A DNA stretch of 64,000 nucleotides from an uncultured Acidobacteriota bacterium (GCA_963770895.1 CAVYRF010000002.1:4576001-4640000); one strand, 5' to 3'; numbered from the stretch's first letter, positions 22,549 to 33,410 are shown. Numbers and translations: made by a program. The notes: generated by a model from the sequence alone, not told the origin.

Positions 22549-23046
22549 TCAGGCGCTGCGCAGGGCCTTCTTGAGCAGGGCGATCTGGCCGGAGTGGTAG
22601 ACGTTGTGCTGCACCAGGCCGTGCAGCGTGACGTAGACGGTGACGCCGGCGCCGGTCGGCGCGTCGTACAGCAGGCCGATGCGCTCTTCCAGGCGCGATT
22701 CGTCCAGCGCGGCCACGTCGCGCAGCAGCTGCCGGTGCCGCTCCTCCAGCGCGCCGCGCGCCGCGGTCCAGGCCTCCTGGTCAGCATCTTCGCCGGCGGG
22801 TGCAGCCGGCCAGTCGCCCTCCGCCGGCTGTGCGGCGACGCCCGTCTGCAGCCGCTGGCGGATGGTTTCGATCCACGCGGAAACGTGCAGCGTGAGCTCC
22901 CAGATGTTGTGCACGCCGGCGAGCGGTCGCGCCGCCGCCTCGGCGGCCGTGACGTCGGCCAGCAACCCCCGCAGCGTCGGACCGTACCAGGCGTCCCCTT
23001 CCCAGGCCCGCTGCAGCTGATCGATCATCCTTGCCATTTCTTGCAT
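22549..23046 (-). CDS. DinB family protein
   Basis: AWYGP, HNIWELTLH and QHNVYHSGQIALLK; GGAGG SD. Confidence 0.88.
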   Translation of the reverse strand: MQEMARMIDQLQRAWEGDAWYGPTLRGLLADVTAAEAAARPLAGVHNIWELTLHVSAWIETIRQRLQTGVAAQPAEGDWPAAPAGEDADQEAWTAARGALEERHRQLLRDVAALDESRLEERIGLLYDAPTGAGVTVYVTLHGLVQHNVYHSGQIALLKKALRSA

Positions 23047-23133
23047 GAACCCTCCGGTAACCTGCCCCAGACGCAGCGGCGGCCCGGCGCACATCGTGCG
23101 CGCGGGCCGCATCAAGGCCGCTGTGCAGGCGGC

Positions 23134-23571
23134 TTAGCCGCGCTGCCTGGCGGAGGCGCGCATCACGCAGGCGCCGGCCAAGGCGAGAAAGCCCATGGCC
23201 GCGAAAAGCGGCAGATCGCTGGCCGTCTTCGGCAGCGTCGAGGGAGCGGTGTTGGAGCTTGTATCCGTGGTGGAGGTTGTCGTGGTGGTTGTGGTGTTGT
23301 TGCTGGTCGCCGTCGGGGTGGCGCTGTTGTCGGTGTTGTTGTTATTGCTGCCCGTCGTGGCGCTGGTGTCCGTGCTGCCGTTCTGCGGCGTCGTGGTCAC
23401 CGTGTTGCCCGCGGTGGCCGAGCTGGGATTGGGATGATCCATGGTCGCGCCGTACGGGTCGTGGGTGGCGCCGCCGCCGGGAGGGGCCGAAGTGGTCGGG
23501 CTCTGTGCCATCACCGCGAGGGCGGTGGCCAGCAGCAGGCTCATGCTCAAGGAGACGATCTTGCTGGTCAT
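23134..23571 (-). CDS. Small Thr-rich secreted protein with an LPxTG-like (LPKTA) sorting signal
   Basis: Signal peptide, Thr/Asn/Ser low-complexity body, then LPKTAS, a TM segment and RASARQR. Confidence 0.8.
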   Translation of the reverse strand: MTSKIVSLSMSLLLATALAVMAQSPTTSAPPGGGATHDPYGATMDHPNPSSATAGNTVTTTPQNGSTDTSATTGSNNNNTDNSATPTATSNNTTTTTTTSTTDTSSNTAPSTLPKTASDLPLFAAMGFLALAGACVMRASARQRG

Positions 23572-23666
23572 AAGAACCTCCTAGATAAGTGTCCGTTTCG
23601 GCGCGGCAGGGTCGAGGACCTGTCCAGGCTATCTGGTCGCGCCGTTCCAACGTCGGATTCCTTTGG

Positions 23667-23683
23667 TGCAACTCCAGTGCCAA
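23667..23683 (-). promoter_or_regulatory. Sigma54 promoter
   Basis: Minus strand TTGGCAC-TGGAG-TTGCA, consensus, about 95 nt upstream of the LPKTA gene. Confidence 0.75.
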
Positions 23684-23896
23684 CCAAAACAGGGCGTGGC
23701 GGTGCCGATGATCTGCTGCTTGGTGAATCGCTTGACGTGGAGGGTTTTAGACGGATTCCGCCTCTGCCACCGACCGTGAGTTGGAGGGGGTGGTCTTTGT
23801 GCCATCTTTACGGTTGGATGGGTATTCTTTGTCGGCTTTACAGGGCTGCGGCGCTAGGTTTGAGCCGTGATCGCATCCCGTTGGAAAAAGGATTGG

Positions 23897-25087
23897 ATGA
23901 TGAGATTGGGTTGGTGGCTCCGGGTTGGATTTCGCTTTGGGTGCTGCTGCGTGGTGGCGGCGGGGCTGCTGGCGGGGTGTCATGAGGCGAAGCAGGGGGT
24001 GGAGCCGGCGGGGCCGCGGATTGAGGGCGACCGGATCGTATATCCGGCGGGGGCGTTGGAGCTGGCGTCGTTGACGACGGTGGCGGCGTCGGCGGCGGGG
24101 CAGGATACGGTGCGCACGACGGGGCGCCTGGCGTGGGACGAAGACCGCACGGCGCGGGTGTTCCCGCCGGTGGGGGGGCGGGTGCGGCAGCTGATCGCGG
24201 ATCTTGAGCAGCGCGTGCGGCCGGGGTCGCCGCTGGCGGCCGTCGAGTCGCCCGACTTCGGCCAGGCGCAGGCCGATGCCAGCCGCGCGCAGACCGACCT
24301 GGAGGTCGCGGAGCGCAACCTGGCGCGCGAGCGCGAGCTGTACGAGCACCAGGCGGCGCCGCAAAAGGATCTGGAATCCGCCGTGGCGGACCGCGACCGC
24401 GCCAAGGCCGAAAACCAGCGGGCGCGCTCGCACCTGGCGCTGCTCGGCGGCACTCCCGGCGCGGTGGACCAGCGTTTCGTGCTGCGCAGCCCGATCGCCG
24501 GCACGGTGGTCGACCGGGCGATCAACCCCGGCCTGGAAGTGCAGCCCGGCGCGGCTTCGCCGCTGTTCGTGATCTCCGATCCGTCCCGCCTGTGGGTCTT
24601 CCTGGACGTGGTGGAGCAGGAGCTGCCGCAGGTGCGGGCCGGACAGGAATTGGTCCTGCACAGCACCGCCTGGCCGGGGCGGGCGTTTCGCGGCCGCGTG
24701 GAGGTGGTGGGCGACAGCCTGGACCCGGCGACCCGCACGGTCAAGGCGCGCGGCGTCCTGGACAATCCGGACCACCTGCTGAAGGCCGAGATGTACGTCC
24801 AGGTGGAGGTGGAGGTCGGCACCGCCGCCACCGCGGGCGCGGCCGGCGCCGCGGGGGCCGCCGCGGTGCATCCCGCCGTCCAGATCCCCTCCGCCGCGGT
24901 GGTCGCCGACGGCGACCGGCACTACGTCTTCGTCGAGGAGGCGCCGGGCCGCTTCGAGCGGCGGGCGGTGCAGACCGGCGCCGAGCGCGCCGGCGAAAGC
25001 CAGGTGCTGGCGGGGCTGGCCGCGGGGCAGCGGGTGGTGGTGGATGGCAGTCTCCTGCTGCAGTCGCTGATGACCCCCGGGGCGTAG
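23897..25087 (+). CDS. RND efflux periplasmic adaptor (CzcB/CusB-like)
   Basis: LLAGC lipobox, LRSPIAGTVV, LDPATRTVKAR and LLKAEMYV. Start approximate. Confidence 0.9.
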   Translation: MMRLGWWLRVGFRFGCCCVVAAGLLAGCHEAKQGVEPAGPRIEGDRIVYPAGALELASLTTVAASAAGQDTVRTTGRLAWDEDRTARVFPPVGGRVRQLIADLEQRVRPGSPLAAVESPDFGQAQADASRAQTDLEVAERNLARERELYEHQAAPQKDLESAVADRDRAKAENQRARSHLALLGGTPGAVDQRFVLRSPIAGTVVDRAINPGLEVQPGAASPLFVISDPSRLWVFLDVVEQELPQVRAGQELVLHSTAWPGRAFRGRVEVVGDSLDPATRTVKARGVLDNPDHLLKAEMYVQVEVEVGTAATAGAAGAAGAAAVHPAVQIPSAAVVADGDRHYVFVEEAPGRFERRAVQTGAERAGESQVLAGLAAGQRVVVDGSLLLQSLMTPGA

Positions 25088-25095
25088 GCCGCCGC

Positions 25096-28000
25096 TTGTC
25101 GCAAACCCCGCAACCCCAAGCCGGGCTGCTGGCGCGCTTCACCGCCCAGGCGGTGCGCAGCCGCGTCGTCATCGTCGCCCTGCTGCTGGTCTTCGTGGCC
25201 GCCGGCATCGCCGCGTTCGAGCGGCTGCCGGTCGAGGCCTATCCCGACGTCACCAACGTCCAGGTGCAGATCATCACCCTGTTCCCCGGCCACGCCGCCG
25301 AAGAGGTCGAGCAGCTGGTCACCGTGCCGGTCGAAAACGAGATGAACGGCATCCCGAAACGGGCGTCGATGCGCTCGATCTCGCTGTTCGGCCTGTCCGT
25401 GGTGACGCTGGTGTTCCAGGACGACGCCGACCCGATCTACGTGCGCGCCCAGGCGTTCGAGCGCATGCAGGACGTCACCCTGCCGGCCGGCGCCCAACCC
25501 AGCCTGTCGCCGGATTCGACGCCGGTGGGCGAGATCTATCGCTACACGCTCGAAGCGCCGGCGGGATTTTCGGCGCTGGAGCTCAAGGCGCTGGAAGATT
25601 GGGTGGTCGAGCGCCGCCTGCGCACCGTGCCCGGCGTGGTCGACGTGGTGGGCTTTGGCGGCCCCACCAAGCAGTACCAGGTGCTGGTCGACCCGCTCAA
25701 GCTCAAGGCCTACGGCATCACGCTCAAGAACGTCTTCGACGCGCTGGCGGCGGGCAACCGCAACGCCGGCGGCGCCTACATCGAGCACGGCGCCGAGCTG
25801 TACGTGGTGCGCGGGCTGGGCATGGTGCAGAGCCTGGACGACATCGGCGCCATCGCGGTGGTCAGCCGCGGCGGCACGCCGGTGCTGATCCGCGACGTCG
25901 GCAAGGTGTCGGTGGGACCGGCGATCCGCCTCGGGCGGGTGGGCAAGCTCCTGGTCTGGAGCGACGCGCAGGGGCGGCGCCACGCCGGCGACCAGGACGA
26001 CGTGGTGCAGGGGATCGTGCTGCTGCGCAAGGGCGAGAACGCGCTGGCCGTGCTGGATCGCGTGCGCGCCGAAGCGGTCGAGATCAACCGCGAGCTGCCG
26101 GCCGGCGTGCGCCTGGTGCCGCACTACGACCGCACCGACCTGATCGATCGCACGCTGCTCACCGTGCGCAAGAACATGGGCGAAGGCATCGGCCTGGTGC
26201 TGCTGGTGCTGGTGGTGTTTCTGGGCCTGGGCAACTGGCGCTCGGCGCTGATCGTCGCCGCGGTGGTGCCGCTGTCGCTGCTGGGCGCCTTTTTGCTGCT
26301 CGACCTCTCCGGCATCCCGGCCAACCTGATCTCGATGGGCGCAATCGATTTCGGCATCATCGTCGATTCGGCCGTGGTGGTGGCCGAAAACCTGTTGCGC
26401 ATCATCGAGCTGCGCGGCGCCAGGCTGCGCTCGATCAGCGAGGCGATCCAGCAGTCGGTGGGGCAGATGGGCAAGCCGATCCTGTTTTCGAAGGCGATCC
26501 TGTTGACCGCCTTCATCCCGCTCTACACGCTGCAACGCGTCGAAGGCAAGATCTTCCGCCCGATGGCGCTCACCCTCACCTTTGCGCTCATCGCCGGGAC
26601 GCTGCTGGCGCTGTTCGTCGTGCCCACCCTGCTCAGCTTCGGCGTCAACCTCGCCCGCCAGCGTGCCGCCGCGCCGTCGCTTCTCGTCGAGCGCCTGCAG
26701 CGCCTCTACCGGCCGGCGCTCGACTTCGCGCTGCGGCACCGGGTGGCGGCGGTGGCGGTGGCGGTCGCGTCGCTCGGCGGAGCGTGGCTGGTGGGGGCGT
26801 CGCTCGGCTCGGAGTTCCTGCCCAAGCTGGACGAGGGCGCGCTGTGGGTGCGCATCACCATGCCGGGGTCGATCTCGCCCAGCGAGGCGGAGCGCGTGAC
26901 GCGCGAGGCGCGCCACATCCTGGCCAGCTTCCCCGAGGTCACCACGGTGGTCTCGCAGCTCGGCCGCCCCGACGACGGCACCGACATCAACGGTTTCGAC
27001 ACCGTCGAGATCTTCGTCGACCTGCTGCCGCGCGAGCGCTGGACCACGGCGCACGACCGCGAGGGGCTGTCCGACGCCATCCGCCGGCGCCTGGAGCGCA
27101 TTCCGGGCACCGACCTGACCGTCTCCCAGGTGATCGAAGACAACGTCAACGAAGCCGTCTCGGGCGTCAAGTCGGAGCTGTCGGTGAAGATCTTCGGCCA
27201 CGACCCGCTGGTGCTGCAGTCGCTGGCCGACCAGGCGACGGAGGTGCTCAAAAAGGTCAAGGGCGCCGCCGACGTGTCCGCCGAGCGGCTGGCCGGGCAG
27301 CCGCAGGTGCAGATCGTCCTGGACCGGCAGGCGATCGCGCGCTCCGGCTTGACCGTCGACGACGTGCAGTCGGTGGTCGAAACGGCGCTGGGCGGCAGCG
27401 TCGCCAGCCACGTGCTGGAGGGGGAGCGCACCTTCGACCTGGTGGTCAAGATGTCGCCGCTGGCGGTCTCCGACCTGGACGCCATCCGCGCCCTGCCGGT
27501 GCTGGGGCCCAACGGCGAAAAGTTCACCCTGGGCTCGCTCGCCCACGTCGTCGTGGCGCCCGGCTTTGCCCGCATCTACCGCGAGGAGAACGCGCGCCGC
27601 ATCGCGGTCAAGCTGTCGGTCGACGGCCGCGACCTGGGCTCGCTGGTCGAAGAGGGCCAGCGCAAGGTCGCCGCGGCGCTGCACCTGCCGCCCGGCTACC
27701 AGCTGTCGTGGACCGGCTCGTTCGAAAACCAGCAGCGCGCGGTCAAGCGCCTGGAGCTGATCGTGCCGCTGACGCTGGTGGCCATCTTCTTCCTGCTCTT
27801 CCTGGCGTTCAACTCGGCCCGCATGGCGGTGCTCATCCTGCTCAACATCCCCTTCGCCGCGGTGGGCGGGGTGCTCGCCCTGTGGCTGGCCGGCCTGTCG
27901 CTGTCGGTGGCCTCGCTGGTGGGTTTCATCGCTCTCTTTGGCGTGGCGGTGCAGAACGGCGTGCTGATGGTCGAGCGCATCCGCGAGCTGCGCGACCGCG

Positions 28001-28299
28001 GCATGCCCGAAGGCCAGGCCGTCCGCGAAGGCGCCGTCAGCCGCATGCGCCCCGTTCTGATGACCGCCCTGATGGCCAGCCTGGGGCTGCTCCCCGCGGC
28101 CCTGTCGCAAGCCGTCGGCGCAGAGACCGCCCGCCCCTTCGCCGCCGTCATCGTCGGCGGCCTGGGCACCGCCACGCTGATCACCCTCTTCATCCTGCCG
28201 CTGCTCTACACCTGGTTCGAGGAATCCACCCCCGCCGCCAACGGCCTGGCCGCCGGCGACCCGGACGCCGGAGCACCGTCATCGGGCTTGGCCGGGTAG
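25096..28299 (+). CDS. CusA/CzcA-family heavy-metal RND permease
   Basis: EAYPDVTNVQVQ, GAIDFGIIVDSAVV, EFLPKLDEG and RPVLMTA. TTG start inferred. Confidence 0.92.
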   Translation: MSQTPQPQAGLLARFTAQAVRSRVVIVALLLVFVAAGIAAFERLPVEAYPDVTNVQVQIITLFPGHAAEEVEQLVTVPVENEMNGIPKRASMRSISLFGLSVVTLVFQDDADPIYVRAQAFERMQDVTLPAGAQPSLSPDSTPVGEIYRYTLEAPAGFSALELKALEDWVVERRLRTVPGVVDVVGFGGPTKQYQVLVDPLKLKAYGITLKNVFDALAAGNRNAGGAYIEHGAELYVVRGLGMVQSLDDIGAIAVVSRGGTPVLIRDVGKVSVGPAIRLGRVGKLLVWSDAQGRRHAGDQDDVVQGIVLLRKGENALAVLDRVRAEAVEINRELPAGVRLVPHYDRTDLIDRTLLTVRKNMGEGIGLVLLVLVVFLGLGNWRSALIVAAVVPLSLLGAFLLLDLSGIPANLISMGAIDFGIIVDSAVVVAENLLRIIELRGARLRSISEAIQQSVGQMGKPILFSKAILLTAFIPLYTLQRVEGKIFRPMALTLTFALIAGTLLALFVVPTLLSFGVNLARQRAAAPSLLVERLQRLYRPALDFALRHRVAAVAVAVASLGGAWLVGASLGSEFLPKLDEGALWVRITMPGSISPSEAERVTREARHILASFPEVTTVVSQLGRPDDGTDINGFDTVEIFVDLLPRERWTTAHDREGLSDAIRRRLERIPGTDLTVSQVIEDNVNEAVSGVKSELSVKIFGHDPLVLQSLADQATEVLKKVKGAADVSAERLAGQPQVQIVLDRQAIARSGLTVDDVQSVVETALGGSVASHVLEGERTFDLVVKMSPLAVSDLDAIRALPVLGPNGEKFTLGSLAHVVVAPGFARIYREENARRIAVKLSVDGRDLGSLVEEGQRKVAAALHLPPGYQLSWTGSFENQQRAVKRLELIVPLTLVAIFFLLFLAFNSARMAVLILLNIPFAAVGGVLALWLAGLSLSVASLVGFIALFGVAVQNGVLMVERIRELRDRGMPEGQAVREGAVSRMRPVLMTALMASLGLLPAALSQAVGAETARPFAAVIVGGLGTATLITLFILPLLYTWFEESTPAANGLAAGDPDAGAPSSGLAG

Positions 28300-31040
28300 C
28301 TAGGTAGCCGGCCGCACGGCAGGGTGGCCGCGGTGGCGCCCGCGCACGCGGCGGCCAGGTCGCGCGCCTCCGCCGCCGCGGCCGGCAGCCCCGGCAGGTC
28401 CGCGGACGCTTCCCGATCGAAGGCCGGATCGCCGATAAAGACGGCGCCGCCGTCGGGCAACGCCCCCAGCTGACGGTCGCGAGCCACGCTCTGCAGGTAG
28501 AGGGTGGCGCTGGGAGCCGTGGACAGGGTGTATTCCTCCGCCAGGTAGCGGCCGGTGCGAGCGTCGCGGAGCAGCGCAAACGGCAGCGCCGCGAGCGTCC
28601 CCTGCGGGATCACCACCAGCGGGCCGCCGGCGGGAAGGGATGCGGCGGCCGGAAGGATCAGGCTTTCGTAGAGCCGCGACTCGGCGTCCAGGAGCTCCGC
28701 CTGGCGGTGCTCCAGCAGCGCCGTCTGCAGCTGCCGCGTTGCGGTGGCGGCGGCCGCGGCGGTGATGCCGGTGTCGATCAGGCTCAGCTCGTGGCGGCGG
28801 ACCACCCAGGCGACCAGCCGGGGCGGGACTTCGGCGAACACCAGCAAGGTGGTGCCGGGAGCCAGCCGGCTGCGGATCGCCGCCGCCGTGAGCGGCGGCG
28901 CGCCGCGGCGGGGGGACCGCGGGGTGCTGCCCGGCGGGGAGGTGACGATCCAGTCGAGCAGCGCCCTGGCGCGCTCCCGCTCGCCGTAGTCGAAGGCCAG
29001 GTCGCGATGGTTCTGCCGCAGCTGGAGGGCGACCATCCGGTCGAAGACCGCCTTTTCCTGGTCCAGGAAGCCGATCCGCTCTTCGGTGCCGGCGATCCTG
29101 CCGCGCTGGCGCTCGATCTCGGCGAGTGCGGCGCGCAGATCCGCCGCCGCCCCGGCGCCGTCTCCCAGCGTCTGGGAGGCCAGCGCCCGCTCCGCCAGGG
29201 CGTCCACCAGCTGCGCGTGGTCTCCCGCCTCACGGAAGAAGGCCAGCGCCCTGGTGAGCGGCACCACCGCGCCGGCGGCATCGCGCGGCCGACCCACGGC
29301 GCCGGCGACCAGCAGCAGGTCGCCCTGCACGCCGGCGCGGCCGCGGCGATCCCGCACCGCCGCCAGCTGCGCGCCCGCCTGCTCCAGGTCGCCGCGCGCC
29401 AGGTCGGCGCGGCCGGCGGCGGCGAAGATCCTGGCGCGGCCGCGCAGCGCTTCGGCGACCACGGCGGGCCTGCCGATGCGCCAGGCGCTGCGCACCACCT
29501 CGTCCTGAAAGAAGCCGGCGAGCGCCGGCTGGTGCAGGTCGCGGGCCATCTCCGCCACCTCTTCATCGGCCGCGAACGCCGCCAGCGGCACGTCGCAGCG
29601 AGCGGCGTCGCGCAGCGCGGCGCCCGCCACGTGCCAGGCCTCGGCTGATGCGTCCAACTGGTTGAGGGTGCCGGCGATCATCGCCTCCAGCCGCGCCTCG
29701 TTGGCGACTTCCCGCAGGTTGTGGAAGATCGCCAACGCCTGCCGCTTTTCGGTGAGCGACGGCGTGAGCCGGCCCTGGATGCCATCGATCAGGCCGAGCA
29801 GCCAGAGAGCGCGCCCACGCAGCGCCGGATAGCGTTGCGACCGTGGCGAAGCCGGCACGGCGCGCAGCAGCGGCACTGCCCGGCGGAAGTCCGACTGGCG
29901 AAAGGCGCAGAGCGCCAGCTGGAAGTCCGCCCACGCAAGCAGAGGGCTGCCGGCGCGCGCCAGCGATGCACGCGCCTGGACGAGCGCCTGGCGGGCCGCC
30001 TCCAGATCGTCGCGGCTCAGCCGGAGCAGTGCCGCGCCGTAGGCGCGATGGCCGGTGGCCAGCGCCGCCAGGGCGGCTCGCGCGGTGGGCGGCCGCGCTG
30101 CGCCATCGATGACGGCCACGGCGTCTTGCAGCATTTGCTCGCCGCTGCCGCGCGCGAGCGCCGCGCCCAGCTGCCGGCCGATGGCCAGGAAGCGGTCCGC
30201 CGCCTGGGTCTGGCCGCCGGCCAGCGCCTCGGCCCACGCGGCAAGGATGTCCTCCTCGCCCAGCTCGCGCACCTGTTGCGGCCAGCGGGCGACCGTCGCG
30301 TCGACGGTGCGCTGGTCGCCGGTTGCCGCCGCCTGCTCCAGCGACGCGCCGGCCGCCGGCCAATCCGCCGCGGGGAGTTGCCTGGTCAGGGCTGCCAGGT
30401 GTTCGCGCTCCTCGGCGGCCCATTGCGGGTGTGGTTCCCCGGCCAATACCTCCTGCCATGCGTCGGCCGCCGCTTGCCGCAGGTTGAGGCGCTCCAGCGC
30501 CACGGCCTGGTTGAAGCGCGCCGCCGGCAGGCCGGGCTCGCGGCTCAGCGCCCGCTGGCTGGCGATCAAGCTCGCTACCAGCTCCAGCGCCTCGTCGTCC
30601 GGCCCGGCGCGAGCCAGATGGACGACCGCAAGATCGCTCGGCGGCCAGCCCGACCGCGGCACGAGGCCGGCCGCGGCGTTCAGCAGCGCCATTGCGGCGT
30701 CGCTGCGCCCTGCCGCCAGCGCGACCAGGGCGCGTTCGCCGTCCAGCTCGGCGGAAGGTGCGGCGGCAAAGGTGAGCAACGGGCGCGGCAGGTCGCGCAG
30801 CCGGGCGGTGCGGGAAGTCCGTGGCGTGGGTGCGCTGGCCGGCTGAGCGGCCTTCGACCAGGCGACCCCGCACCATCGGCCGCCTCCCGGGCGCGCGATT
30901 CCCAGCTTGCCGGCGAGCGCCGACCGGGACGGCAGTTCATCGATCGGGGAACGGTGTGCCCGGTCGCCGCACCCAGCCAGCGTTGCCATCGCGCCGGCCA
31001 GGCAAAAAAAGGCGGCTAAGGAGCGCGCTCGCAGCGGCAT
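28206..31040 (-). pseudogene. Lipoprotein-like TPR + CHAT domain protein with a C-terminally truncated CHAT domain
   Basis: LAGC lipobox, TPR helices and the CHAT N-half (LYESLILP, VIPQGTLAALPFALL, APSA, LPAAAAEA). The frame then runs antisense into the czcA 3' end with no catalytic His-Gly or SAC motif. Confidence 0.7.
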
Positions 31041-31198
31041 TCGCAACCACGCCGAGCTTGGTGGGGCAGGCGAAGGTCGAGCCAGCAGCAGCGGCCAGGC
31101 CGCGACCGCGGGCCGAGGGTGCAGCCCAAGCCTGCCCATCTGCTAAGCTTACCGCGTCTGCCAAGGCATCGTTCCGGGGTTTTGTTCGGGGAGGTTCG

Positions 31199-32191
31199 AT
31201 GATCTATCTGCGTCTTTTCTTTCACGGCCTGATCGCCTTTGCCATTGCGCCTCACCAGTCGCAGATCACGGCACTGCTGGTTGCGTCCCACGACGATCAA
31301 AGCCGGTGCATCGCAAAACATTCAGGCACCTTGGTATTTCCAACCACTGATCAGACCAATTGCAGGAACGCCAAATGCGATTGGAACGCGAACCTCTGCA
31401 CCTGTACGTTGGATGCGGATGCGCATCACCAAACGATTACGATCGGCGCGACCGCCAATCCCGAGGTCACCGACCCCGATCACGAGCCTCCCAGCAGCGC
31501 CTTGCCCGCCACCTCCACCGACGCGGCCGATGTCGCGTACTTGATGAATATGAGCAACCTTGGCTCCGAAGTCATGCAAACGGCTCTGACTGGCAATCCC
31601 GGAAATCTGGTTGCTCGCATGGTCTCTCCCTATACTCGCTTAACCGCCTGCGACCTTGCCACTGACCCTGACACTGACGATGTTCTGCACTCGTATAACT
31701 TCCACTCGTTCGGGTCGGCGAAACGCGGCTGGGATCAGGCGATCGCACAGGGTTTGGCCGCAGAGGCCGATGTGCCTCCCGGAAACGTGACCCTTACCCT
31801 GGGTCCATTTGAATCAGGCGGTGGAACTTCCTACACCTTGGCGCTGCTTCCGGGTACCTGTTCAGACGGCACGACGAACTGTATTGAGGTTTACCTGGAG
31901 TACACGCGCCCGCCGTTTGCCGATCTGACAGACGACTGCAACAAGGCAGGGGTGGGCAGGGACTTCGCCTTCTATTTCGACCTGGCGACACTGTCGCCGC
32001 CGTTCGACAACCGTCTGGTGCCGCAGGTCGACGCTGACCCGAGCACGCCGGTCAAGGTCGCAAAGATTCAGCCTGCGATCTGTCCGAAGCGTCACACCTA
32101 CACGCCGCAGATCTCCCACGGCAGGACAGGCGCCACCACGCAATCGAGCCATCCGGCATGCGCCATGGCGGTCTTTTACGACTTCCAGTAG
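31199..32191 (+). CDS. Cys-rich hypothetical protein divergent from the CHAT gene
   Basis: GGAGG SD and a 330-aa ORF (MIYLRLFFHGLIAF...HPACAMAVFYDFQ); visibly more AT-rich than its neighbours. Confidence 0.75.
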   Translation: MIYLRLFFHGLIAFAIAPHQSQITALLVASHDDQSRCIAKHSGTLVFPTTDQTNCRNAKCDWNANLCTCTLDADAHHQTITIGATANPEVTDPDHEPPSSALPATSTDAADVAYLMNMSNLGSEVMQTALTGNPGNLVARMVSPYTRLTACDLATDPDTDDVLHSYNFHSFGSAKRGWDQAIAQGLAAEADVPPGNVTLTLGPFESGGGTSYTLALLPGTCSDGTTNCIEVYLEYTRPPFADLTDDCNKAGVGRDFAFYFDLATLSPPFDNRLVPQVDADPSTPVKVAKIQPAICPKRHTYTPQISHGRTGATTQSSHPACAMAVFYDFQ

Positions 32192-32218
32192 CGGCGGGTG
32201 CCGCTTATGATTCCTGCC

Positions 32219-33385
32219 ATGGGGGCCGACATCGACTGGACGATCGACGAGCGGATCGAGCGGGCGGCGACGCTGCCGGGGGCGGCGTATTGCGATCCGG
32301 GGGTGTTCGAGGTGGGGCGGGAGCGGGTGTTTGCGCGCTCATGGCAGTGGGCGGGCGACGTGGACGCGGCGCGGGTGCCGGGGCAGGTGCAGCCGTTCAC
32401 GCTGCTGGAGGGGCTGTTGGACGAGCCGCTGCTGCTGGCTCGCGACGCGCAGGACGAGCTGCGCTGCCTGTCCAATGTGTGCACCCACCGCGGCACCGTG
32501 CTGTGCGAAGGGGGCGGGGTCGAACAGGTGCTGCGCTGCCGGTACCATGGGCGGCGGTTCGGGCTGGACGGCACCATGCTGTCGATGCCTGAGTTCGAGG
32601 GGGTCCAGGGCTTTCCGGGACCGGCGGACCACCTGCGCCGGGTGCCGCTGGGCGGGTGGGGTCGGTTCCTGTTCGTGAACCTGGCCGGTTGCAGCCAGGG
32701 GGGGCTGCCGATGGGGTCGCCGGCGCCGGCGTCTCCAACTTTGCGGGCGGCGCCGATGATGCCCTTCGAGGAGTGGGTGGCGCCGCTGGTGGAGCGCCTG
32801 GGCTGGCTGCCGCTCGGGTCGGTGACGCTGGATGCGACGCGGTCGCGCGACTACCTGGTGCGGGCGAATTGGGCGCTGTACTGCGACAACTACCTGGAAG
32901 GATTCCACATCCCGTACGTGCACGCCGGTCTGGCCGGGGCCCTGGACTATGGGGCCTACCGCACCGAGCTCTTCCCCTGGGCCAGCTTGCAGGTGGGCGT
33001 GGCTCGCGGCGGCGAAGACGTTTTCGAGCTGCCGGCGGGCTCGCCCGACCACGGCCAGGCGATTGCCGCCTACTACTTCTGGATGTTCCCCAATACGATG
33101 GTGAACGTGTACCCCTGGGGCATTTCGATCAACGTGGTGCGGCCGCTGGCGGTCGACCGCACCAAGGTGTCGTTCCTGAGCTACGTCTGGGACGCGAGCC
33201 GCCTGGACCGCGGCGCCGGCGCCGGCCTGGACCGGGTGGAGCGCGAGGACGAAGCGGTGGTGGAGAGCGTGCAGCGCGGCCTGCGCTCGCGCATCTACCG
33301 GCGCGGCCGCTATTCGCCGGCGCGCGAGCAGGGCGTCCACCACTTCCACCGCCTGCTGACCCGCTGCCTGGCGGGCGAGATCTGA
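32219..33385 (+). CDS. Rieske aromatic-ring-hydroxylating oxygenase alpha subunit (choline monooxygenase-like)
   Basis: NVCTHRG...CRYHG Rieske motif; DNYLEGFHIPYVH, ED...VQRG and EQGVHHFH. Confidence 0.92.
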   Translation: MGADIDWTIDERIERAATLPGAAYCDPGVFEVGRERVFARSWQWAGDVDAARVPGQVQPFTLLEGLLDEPLLLARDAQDELRCLSNVCTHRGTVLCEGGGVEQVLRCRYHGRRFGLDGTMLSMPEFEGVQGFPGPADHLRRVPLGGWGRFLFVNLAGCSQGGLPMGSPAPASPTLRAAPMMPFEEWVAPLVERLGWLPLGSVTLDATRSRDYLVRANWALYCDNYLEGFHIPYVHAGLAGALDYGAYRTELFPWASLQVGVARGGEDVFELPAGSPDHGQAIAAYYFWMFPNTMVNVYPWGISINVVRPLAVDRTKVSFLSYVWDASRLDRGAGAGLDRVEREDEAVVESVQRGLRSRIYRRGRYSPAREQGVHHFHRLLTRCLAGEI

Positions 33386-33410
33386 CGCGCCGCCGCGGGC
33401 AGCGGCGCCC

